Source: Cycas panzhihuaensis
Lineage: Eukaryota; Plantae; Cycadophyta
Assembly: GCA_023213395.1 (NCBI GenBank)
Contig: CM041465.1
Span: 8,184,001 to 8,248,000 of the forward strand
Length of the DNA stretch: 64,000 bases
Direction: 5' to 3'
Shown piece by piece: positions 50,881 to 61,295 of the stretch (positions within the stretch are counted from its first letter, which is position 1; each line of letters opens with the position of its first letter). Both the position numbers and the translations under genes were made by a program. The notes beneath the pieces were generated by a model that was given only the letters and a program-made list of their open reading frames with translations, was not told the origin of the DNA and did not search any database.

Positions 50881-53405
50881 TGTTTCCCAGCTATCAAGAG
50901 TGGATTAGAAGGCAATGATATATAGGTAAGTGACATGTATCTCTTCCTCCACTCGTAACTTTAGAGTTATATTGTTGAATCTAGCATGATGATTTGATGC
51001 ATGTCTAATGCTTGCTTGGTTTTCCTATCTCCCTTTTTATGTCGACAACAATCAGAACTTTGGTCTAATGACCCTAAAGCCCAACATGAGGGGCTTAATG
51101 GTCAGTGAGGCGACCCTTCTACTATCCCTATAATTTTATTTTCATCAGTTTTTTGACTCATGCCTACTTGTTTCACTTTATTTTTACTTTATCTGCATGT
51201 GCTCTGTCATTTAATGATCTTAAGATCAGTCTATAGGATCTAGAAGTGACAACATGAGATACTGTAATACCATGTTGATTTTTGTTGGCAATAGCAGTAC
51301 CACAGAGTATTTTGTGATATTATTGACAAGTTCATGGTATTAAAAAGAACTTTATGGTATGACTATTACAATAGTTAGCCACTACTAAGAACGTTCAAAT
51401 TACATAATTAATGCCTCCCTGTAAGGCCCAACAGGTCATGGTAGGCCTAGGTTAGTGCATAATGGTCTAAGGAGTCCTCTTAGTTCACCAAACTACTATT
51501 TTTTTGAATTTAGACTAGATTCATTTAAATCAAACCATGGAAGTCCATGGTTTCCTAGTGATGGTTTCTCACATGAAATAACCACCTCAACACCTTGATT
51601 TCTCCTATAAAATCCCTTATTTTTTAGGGGGAGGGGTTCTATTAGTTCCATTATTTCATGAGTTGAGTTTACTTTCCATTAGGTGGGTTTAAATTTCAAA
51701 CATTCTCATGCTTGGTTGGGCTTAGTTCACATGCTCATTCTTGGCTAGACTTGGTGGAGATCCTCATTCTTGATTCAAATTCTCACTAGCTTGGCTCTGT
51801 TTTCTTATTCTTAAGAGTTAACTCCTTGGATTACTATCATCTTTGACCTCATTCTCTCAAGGATTGATGAGATTTACTTGATTTGGCTTAGAGTACCAAG
51901 CAATTACCACTATTTCATTAGAGGAGGACTTGAAGGAGGCATCAACAATCCTAAGGAGGTGTGGTGAGGTTTATTTGTGTAGATATCAGCTCCAACTCAC
52001 TCCTCACTCTTGGGTAATCCATCTCCTTAATTCATGGTGTGAGATCTTCCTTTGGCATGCTCTTTCTACTTCATTTTGGGCCATGTTACCATATGTTGTG
52101 ATGATTTTACTCTAATAATTATTTGGATGCTCCTTGTTGCTATACTTTCATCTTTCCTTCATTGATTATTTGCCAAGTTATAGGGATTTTAGAGGGTTTC
52201 CCTTGGCCTAACTAAGGAAACCACCTATATTAGGGAGACTAGTGCCATCCTAAGGCACTACTCACCCCCATTTAATATATTTCATACTTTCTTACACTTT
52301 ATCTCTTTAGTGATGAATTTCCATGCTTGTATGTAGTGCATGCATTCCCTTAGTAGTGTATAGAAGGTAGTGTTATGAACTATATTATAAATCTTGTTGG
52401 TTGGGGTGACTTCCTAACTTGAATGCAAGGTGGGGGACAAGTATTCCAAGGAGTTTTAAAAGACCTAACAATGGATCCAAGGTGAGATCTCCCTTCTCAT
52501 TTCATTTGTATTATGTTACTAGTTTGATTTGGGGTGGGTAAATAAAGCCCCTCACCTTATAACATCATGGTGGAAGAGATGATACAAGGTGATGTCAAGG
52601 AAAGAGATTCTTATTGGTTACTTCTACTATGGGTATGCCCTCCATCCTTTTTCTTATTTCCCTTTTTGCCTTACATTGGTTTCATCTCTTTTGTTGCATA
52701 CATTCACTACCCTCCTTATTTCCTTTTTCTAAAAAGAAAGTAAAGAAAAGAGGGAAAAGAGAGAGGAAAGAAAAAAGGAAAGAGAGGGTTATATAGTTCC
52801 ATTGTCCTTTAAATCCCCCCTTTTGTCCTCCATTCCTCTTTATTTTGCTTTGAAAAGATTGCAAAATGAAAAGAAGAAGGGATAAAAGAGAGTGTAAGGA
52901 GAGCGAGGTTTGACACTTCTTACACATTGTTTTTGTTGCACTACTTGGTTGTTTCTTTTTTAGTAATATGTGTATGAATAACCCACATTAAGAAAGAACC
53001 CCATATAGAATACATAACTACCTATTAATCTAAAATAAGATAAAAGAATGATCCAAATCCATTCCACCTTCTTCATTTATCTTCTCTAATATACCCTCTC
53101 CCTATGAGGGAATCTTCTTGATCACTACCATAAGAGGATAGGAGAAGCTTTACTTAGGCAACCCAGTAACCTGAGTAAGCCAAGCCATCCATACCTTAAA
53201 GACCTATCTACCATGAAACTTAAGGCCTTATATATGAAGAAGGGAATACATTCCATGTGAGTCCCTAATTCACACCCGAGCATTACACATATGCCCTTCA
53301 TGGGCAAATAGGAGCTACACTACATCTCTTTAGCCCCCCACACCCTAGGCCTATCATCCATAAGTGCATGGTCGCCTCTTATTACACAAAACAAGTGTGC
53401 TTCTA
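50881..53405 (+). repeat. 3' LTR of the Tat element
   Basis: Starts TGTTTCCCAGCTA after the PPT; collinear with the 5' LTR. Confidence 0.88.
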
Positions 53406-53740
53406 GCTACCTTAGTAGTTATAAAGATTATGGCATGTAGGATCCATGGTAATATGAAGATAGGAGAGTGTGTGATAAAATAACTTCTTGATTCAGAGCC
53501 ATAGGAAGCAACAACTTATGTGTTGTTATCAAATATTTATGTTATGGTTGGCAAGTGGGATGATGTAGTAAAGATACAGAAAATGATAAAAGATAGAGAG
53601 TTATTAAAGGAACCAGGATGAAGTTGGATCATCGTCAGGAACAAGGTTTATGCTTTCTTTGCATAAGACAGATCACACACAAAAACATAAAAGATTTATG
53701 CAAGGTTAGAGGAATTGACTAGGCAAATGGAGGTATTTTG
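53406..53740 (+). pseudogene. PLS-class PPR pseudogene, 3' part (E/E+ domain)
   Basis: ATLVVIK then MACRIHGNMKIGECVIK*LLDSEP*EATTYVLLSNIYVMVGKWDDVVKIQKMIKDRELLKEPG*SWIIVRNKVYAFFA*DRSHTKT*KIYARLEELTRQM, a canonical E/E+ sequence with stops. No DYW domain visible. Confidence 0.92.
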
Positions 53741-56700
53741 ATGACCTTCATCCATATGCTCTAGTCCATTTTATTCTTTGCATTGTTATTCCAACTATGA
53801 CCATTCTATTGCCTCCAAAGTACACCCATTCTATATATTGGTTATGGGCAATAAGATTTTATCTGTTAGCTAAAATAAAGGAGTTAGTATATAAGAAAAT
53901 TTATAAGTGGACTTATTATACTATTAATGGTTATACTTTGAAGCACCTGTGTGCTATAATGGTTCCTGTTTTCCTAATGATTATGCTATCTTGTAGAAAC
54001 GTCAAAATTGAAAGGAATTCTTGATTACATAGATAGAGAAGATATTAGAGGAGGAAAGTAATATTGGGCTACATATAATAGCAAGTTCTAGTTGTTGTTG
54101 GAGTCTTAGCAATACATTTATTTGATGTTTAGGTGTTTATGAACTCAAGTAGCTTATTCGGGATATCATAACTCCATATTTTACTGTTTATTATTATTTT
54201 TGAATACATATCTATGATCATTCCTAAGAGGGTCAAAAGATTAACATCCATAATGAATTTACATTTGATATAAAAATTTTTGTAGTTATGTTGCTAAAAA
54301 TTGTAGGTGATAAAAGCAGGTTGATTGATTTCTTTGACTTGAGAGATATCCTTGATTGGGAGTGGATCACACCTAACATAGAGAAACCTAAAGATGGATG
54401 CACCTAAAGGTAATAAGCCTAGGATGTGGGTCTTATATGGGTGAAAAAAATGTCTTAGGTTGCCCATGAAGGGCACTTATATACTACTTAAGCATAGGTT
54501 CGAGACTTGTATGGTGATGCTCCTCTTAGTGTCTAGGGTTTGGAGTTCTTTGATTTCTAAATGGTTTAAGTTTCCTTTATTTATTCTTTGTTCTATAGGT
54601 TAAATGAATGTTTTATAAATAAGAAAGCATTTGTATTAGATAACACAAGGGGGAGGTGGTTGAGTTTGTTTATTTACTTTTGTTTATTATGTTTTTTATT
54701 TTTTAAAGTTTATTAAAAAAAAAAGGAAGAGGGGGATGAAGTAAGAGGAAAATAAATAATGCTAAGAATCCCTCTCCTTTCTCTCTTTCTCTCTCTTTTC
54801 TCTTTTTTTTCCTTTTCTTTTTCTTTTTAAAAAAAATATAAAATAAGATAATGATGACAAAGAAGATAGGAACGAAGGGGGGATACGAGGAAGTGAAAAG
54901 GGTTAATGATATAAGGTCATTACATTAGTTGATTATTTCGAAAAAGGGTCTTAAGTGAACTTTAAATTAGATCACTTAAGTGAAATTCACTTTCATATAC
55001 ATTATATGTAATTTCATTTCACCTAACTCTAATGCTCCCTCTCTCAATATAAAAGTAAAAGCTCAATGGAGGAGATTCATTCTTACCTCCTCATTTTGTG
55101 AGAGCTACTTTCTTTCTCTCAAGTCTCTCTTGCTCCCATGTCTGCCTTTGTGTTTAGTGCATGGAGATGAAGGATAGATCCACTCTTTTCATGTGGTATT
55201 AGAGCTTGCTTCCTTCATATTCCTCACTTGCACTTGCAATGGAGCCATCACTTCCTTCTCCCCCACAATCCATGTGGTGAAGGAGATTGTGAAAGTGAAT
55301 TTAGAAATATTTTCAAGTTATTATGATAGTATATTTTGTATTGTTTGATTTTCCTTTCTCTTTTACAGGTTTGGAAGCATAATACAAGGAGTTTTAAGGC
55401 CTAAGGATTCCAATCCTTTGCTGGCCATTTATGCTATCTGATTCTTCCTTTTCTTTTCCCTCATTTTGTCCATTTAACGAGGGGAATGCTGCCAAAAATT
55501 TTCCATCATTTAGAAGAATGATTGTAAGAGGAGATTTTACCCATTTTTTTTTAAAGAATTTCAAGCCATTTAAAATATCCATCATTGTATGCTCTCACCT
55601 TGCCCATATTGGGATCCTAGTGATAAAAAAAGGATGGAAATTTCATATGGTATTATGTATTAATGAGATATTAGTAAGCTAAAATTTCTACAGAAATACA
55701 ATTTGATTGTTGAACTTCATAGGTCTGTAAAATCTTCTATAGAGCTCCAATTAAAGTGATTCTAATTGTCAAAGATGAGGCTCTAAGTCTACTTTCTATC
55801 ACAAAAACTGACACCTAATTTAGATGTCGTATGAGGAAGTTATTTCCATTTTAGTGAACAATAGTTATTTTTAGTAAGAATTCTAGAAAAATATAGTTTC
55901 CTAGCTTTGCAAGGATGTCAAAAACTTTCCATAACTCATTTGGACCTGATTCCACTTCTTGAAGATGAAGCTCTAGGTCTAGTTTGCAGCACAAAAATTG
56001 GCACTCTATTTTGACATTGTGGGTGAAAGTTATTGCTAATTTAGTGAAGACTACTTTTTTTTTGTATTAACAAAAAAAAAAAGGTGAAGAAAATTTCTTC
56101 CTTCTTTTTATAAGGCTTAAAAGCCCATTATAAAAGTGAGAAAAAACACCTGGATCGGAGCAATATCTAGTGTCCTCACTTACTTATTAGCATTACATTT
56201 TAGCACTCTAAAGACACTTCAAGCAAGTACTCCAAGCAAGCACTCCAAAATCACTCCAAGCAAGCATTCTATTTTCAGTTAAATGTACGTTTGATGCAAT
56301 TCGATAATCTTTTCACTCTTCTTAAAAGAAATGTATCATGTATGCTATTTTTCAGCATCTTGTACCTATTCACACACTCACCAAGGTTGAGATACCTTGG
56401 TTGGCAGAATGTCGTGCCATAAAGGAGGTGTGGGTTTCAAGTTAGGATTGGACTAAACTGGAATATTGGTGAGGTTTGGTTAGCCATACCATCGTGCCTC
56501 AATCAAGGATCATCCTGATAACCAACCAGGAAAACTGAAACTTTAATACAAGATTAAAATATACCCAATCCAATATCTATCATAGCCATAAGTATGTACG
56601 TACCACTCTTTAGAGGAGGTATATAGTTACTCATTGGTGAACTGGGTAAGGATTGAGAGTACTTGGGCTCTGTTGTGACTTGGATTTCATCACCAAGCAC

Positions 56701-56931
56701 AATTGTAGGTATCACGGGTGAAGGCCAACTTAATTCTACTAGAAGCCTATGCATCCCTTCAACAACCTCAACTATATATTGGACACAGGTTAGAGGTTAT
56801 TAGGTTGATTACACATCCTACATTTGAGTTTCAAGTTGTGTAACCCAATGATGTCACCTTCTACATTGGCCTACAATCTTGTATATTGATCACTTACTTA
56901 TTTGTAAAAAGTGATCCGTAGTATAATCACA

Positions 56932-57060
56932 ATCATAGTGCTTCTCATATTCCTACTGCGTCAGGTTAATATTTACCACAAGTGTTAGTGGCCAACTTTT
57001 ATCATAGTGCTTCTCATATTCCTGCTGCATCACGTTAATATTTGTCATAAGTGTTGGTGA
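56932..57060. repeat. 69-bp-period tandem duplication in the copia leader
   Basis: ATCATAGTGCTTCTCATATTCCT.CTGC.TCA.GTTAATATTT..CA.AAGTGTT.GTG at 56932 and 57001. Confidence 0.88.
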
Positions 57061-57247
57061 CTTTTCTCTAAGTTGCTCCCTTCATCTTTGAGCAACCATT
57101 CTCACTTCTTCTTCCTTCTACTACACTACTTCATTATATTTCCCATTTGTAAATAGTGATCAGTCATTTATTTCCATCACTTGTATAGTCCCTTGTTCAT
57201 TTCTTCCTTTTTGAAAAGACACCATATCTTCATAGTTCAAGCAAAAT

Positions 57248-59075
57248 ATGAACTGCATTCTAAAAGGGAAAGAAAATTGGGATATGTGGTTCACTGGTGT
57301 TAGAAATGCTGTAAAGTATGAAGGTCTATAGAGAGATCACTTACAACCTACACCACTTATTGCAGCTACAACTACCACAACTATTTCAGTAGGAGGTTCT
57401 CCAACTGCTCCCACTGAAGCTGTAACTAAACACCAATGGTAACTTGATGATGATAAAATCTGTGCAGGGATATTGCTTGTTACTAATTATTCCCTACATA
57501 ATCTCATTGATGAAGCTGTATATGATACAACATGGAAAGTTCTTGAAGTTCTTAAGAAGAACTTTGACACTAAATCAGACTTAGAATTTGTTTACTTAGT
57601 GTTGAAGATGAACAAATTGAAAATGCAGAAAGGACATGCAAGTGAGACAATCAATCTCCTTCGTCCAATCAAACAAGCCATTAATAAAGATTTTAAAAAT
57701 CAATGCATTACATGGGCTTTCTTGATTCAGTCATGTCTCCATATCCCAGATTATAAAAATCTATTGGGAAGTCTTCAATCTAGTGGCACTTTGAAGACCC
57801 TAAACTTTGAGGATCTTGTTGATAAGTTCATTGAATTTGATAAGACCTTTGATATCAACTTTACCACTATATTAGATCTAATTGATGTTACTTTTGAAGT
57901 GGAAGAAGATCTTTGTTACACCAAAAATCAAGGTTAATACTCTCGTAGAGGTGGTAATTCCCATGGAAAAGGAAGAGGTAGACAACAAGGACAACATCCT
58001 CTTAGTCAACAGGCTCCTCAATTCCAACAAAAATAGTCTCAAGGCCAAGGCCAAAATAATCAACTTGGACCTAAATCTAGTAATTAGAGACAATCCAACC
58101 AGCCCGATACTTGGACTAGAAATCAAACAATCGTGTGCCAAAGGTGTAATAGAAAAGGACATTATGCCAAAAATTACAGAACTGCCACCAACAAACTACC
58201 AAGTTATCAATAGCGCCATGGTGCATATAATATTGATAATACTTCTTTTGAAGATGCTTTTGGTGGAACACAATTTGCTCATACAAACCTTCAAAGAATC
58301 TGGACCACTTCATCAAATGTTGTTGATAGATCCACTAAGTATATTAAGGCTCATTGTGCCTATGCTTATTTACTTTTGCCTTTACCACTTAGAGTTGCAA
58401 ATAGTGCTACCTCAAATACTTCATCGTGGATCATGGATACTGGAGCAACACAACACATGACTTGTCATCGCTAGTTGTTTCAAGATTTTCACTTTGAAGT
58501 TCGTGGTGTTGTACACATATTTGATAAATCATCTCAGCTAGTCAAAGGACTTGGAACTGTTTTCTTAAAATTCCTAGGCCTTCCAGATTTTACACTTGTT
58601 GATGTTTTATATATTCCTGTTTTGAAGCAGAATCTACTCTCCCTGTTCACCCTTGTCTCTCGTGGATTTGATCTGAGTGTAACTGTAAACAATCAAACTC
58701 TTTGTGTCATTCACCCTCTTTCAAATGCTATGGTTATGACCAGAATTCTTGATGGCAAACATTTTTGCCTAACTGGCTCACCAGCATCTGAAGCCAACTA
58801 TGTTGATGATGTATTTGGTTTTACCACAACCCTAACTCCTCAAAAGTTGTCCCAAGTAGCTCTATAGCATGCTCATATGAGCCATATCAAAATTGATCAT
58901 TTAAGAGAACTGCAAAACACTCTTTATGGTTTGCCTAAGTTCCCCTCTAAGCCCTTTAAATATGAAGCATGTATTATTGCTAAATCTTAAAGACAACCCT
59001 TTCCTCATAGTCAGTGGAAATCTAGCCAACCTTTGCAGCTTGTACACTCAGATATATGTGGTCCTATGCCCATCC
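57248..59075 (+). pseudogene. Degenerate copia gag-protease-integrase N-terminus
   Basis: LKGKENWDMWF..EGL*; knuckle CQRCNRKGHYAKNY (~58135); protease WIMDTGATQHMT (~58432); GAG-pre L*HAHMSH; integrase PLQLVHSDICGPMP truncated at 59075. Confidence 0.9.
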
Positions 59076-59627
59076 TGTTAAACCTTATGTTTACATGTTA
59101 AGTTAATGTACTTTTATTTTCATGTAATATATGCACTTTTTACTTTAGGGGTGACTTATCACTTAAGTAATAAAGTGCACACCCACATTCTTTCTAGTGA
59201 CACAATGTTGTCACTAAAAGGTCAAATGGACCCTCATGCACTTTTGCGCACATGAGAGCCCAAAAGGACACATGTCCAACATGCAAGGCATGTATCTTGG
59301 ATGTTTGACACTTGTCAAACATCCAAGGCCTTAGGTCTCTCATTTCACTCTACATAATGAGACCTCTCCTCATTGTCTCACACAAGAGTTGAGTCAGATT
59401 GTTATGCTATCAGTTTGCTAATCAAACTATTCATTCTTGGGAGGTTAGACCAATTCCAACTCCACATATTGGGTATCATTTTCTCTTGCTCCTTCATTCA
59501 TGTTTTGTCTCTTTGCTTTCTCTTTGCCTTGAGTTTATTATACTTGTTTATATTTCTGCAGCTAGAACTAGAGTGATGCTAGTTTCTAGATGTAGGGACT
59601 GTTGAGGCCATCTAGCCTCTTTTTACA
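59076..59627 (+). repeat. 5' LTR (552 bp) of the nested copia
   Basis: TG...CA ends, immediately followed by the PBS. Confidence 0.88.
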
Positions 59628-59989
59628 TTTGGTATCAGAGCAAGAGGAGACTAGCTCCCTCTGTTCTATTTTGTAACTACTCAAGGAGTTTTTTGAAGAA
59701 AGCAACAAACCCTTAGTGACAACCTTCGCACTCTGAAGGTGATCCAAGGTTTGTTTGAAGGTTTTTTTTGCAGGTTCAAGCATTTTGGAGCTTTTTTTAA
59801 AGGCTGGAGTTGGGTTATGTTCAGTTTTTTTTTGGAAAATATTATTCCATTAACTCTCTTTTCAACCCAGATTTGTCAAAATAAAATAAAAGAAGAGTCA
59901 AAGTTTTTTTTTCACAACTGTGGATCCAGTTTGCTGCTGTTCTAACTCACCTGCCCACAGTCCAGCAATGAGCTATCACCCAAATGCAT

Positions 59990-60225
59990 CCCAGCCTAGC
60001 AGTCCTCTGTGGGCCCCACAGTCCTCCGTACTCAGTTGTCCAACAGCCTAGCAGTCCTCTGTGGGCCCCACACACTCAATTATCAGCTGTCCAGAACTGA
60101 TCCTCTGTGGGCCCCATCCTCAGACTCAATTATCCAGCTCAAGGTAGTCCTCTGTGGGCCCCACGTCTCTCATGGGCCCCACACACTCGATTATAAGTCC
60201 TCTATGGGCCCTACACACTCAGTCC
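59990..60225. repeat. Tandem array of CCTCTGTGGGCCCCAC-containing units in the copia leader
   Basis: Six TGGGCCC-containing units between ~60004 and ~60215. Confidence 0.88.
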
Positions 60226-61295
60226 TTAATGTTTAAATTGCAAAAAAAATTTCAAATTTTAGCCTATGTTTTGGCTCTTAAAAGTTTTAACACTTAGTTA
60301 TTGTTTGAACAAGTGTTAATTAAGTGATTTTTAAGTGTTTTTTTTTATCAAAAAGTGATACTCATCACTAAATTTTAAAACCCTTTTAAGGCACCTTGCA
60401 TGGTGACCTATTGCTCTTAGTCTCAAAGAGGGCTCAAATACTTAATAAAAATCACTTTTCTTTTGATCATTCAGACTAATTTAAAGTCCCAACACTTGGT
60501 GCTTGATGTCATTTTTCATGCAAGTGGCTCTCTTACCCTCATTTATTCAACATTAAAAGGAACCCACTTGTATCTTCATCACAAGTTTTGCATTACTTCT
60601 TTCAGTACTTAAGTTTTTTTTCAAAAAAAAGTACTTTGCAAAACTTATTGTAATCAAGCATTTGGTTTCTTACTTAGATCAACATAGCACTACATTTTCA
60701 TTAAAGTGCTCATTGTAAAAACACTATAAGTGTTTATATTCATGTACTTACATTGCTTCCTCTTAAAGTCTCTCTTATTGTAAAGCTTAAATCAAAGCAT
60801 TTTTTCATAAGTACATTCTCCAAGCAAAAAGAAACCTAAATTCACTTTAAAATCTACTAAAAAGTGACTTAAAATATGTTGGAGAGGCTCGAAAAAGGTT
60901 CAAACCTTGCCTCTAAATTAACCTTAAGCTTGGTGCATTCCCTAGGGGACCAACCGACCATTTGCAGTCGGTGCCACGACAATTAAGGTTGCTTGAGGAA
61001 AGGAGGTTCGAAAAGGGTGTTATTGGGTGAATCCTGTGGAAAGCATGGTACGTCCATGTAGATCAACCCTACCTGCCTTGTCCTAGATTTAACTTGGCCA
61101 ACATTTAGATCTCCTCTGTAAGATCAAGTTGGACCAACTCCATAGCCTAGTCCTCCACCCCTCATCATTCCATTCAGTTGTTGGATCTTCTAGTAAGATC
61201 AGGACTGTTAGTTTTATTAAAAGGTGGAACTTAAGTGACGAAATCTTTGAGTTTCCAAGTTATCTGCTAGCTTCAAGTTTTTTATAAACTGAAAC

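Larger units (their letters stand above)
36447..53405 (+). mobile_element. Full-length degenerate Ty3/gypsy Tat-clade LTR retrotransposon (~17 kb)
   Basis: LTRs 36447-39017 and 50881-53405 (~2.5 kb, collinear, diverged). Degenerate tRNA-Arg PBS TAGTAACTATACTGGGGA (cf. TGGCGACTCCACTGGGGA) at 39019. PPT-like AAGAGGACAG at 50871-50880. gag-PR-RT-RH-INT order plus extra 3' ORFs. Decayed TSD ATTAT/GCTAC differs only by transitions. Confidence 0.92.
54907..59075 (+). mobile_element. Ty1/copia element (older), 5' half, interrupted in integrase by a nested copia
   Basis: LTR end ..CTTTTCA at 55191 and PBS TGGTATTAGAGC at 55194, then a ~2-kb leader and gag-PR-INT. The LTR start (~54907) is a guess. 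Confidence 0.82.

Noticed and set aside
59990-60225. CRISPR-like repeat-spacer appearance
   Set aside because: Eukaryotic retroelement leader; the spacers are related to each other and irregular, and no cas genes are present.
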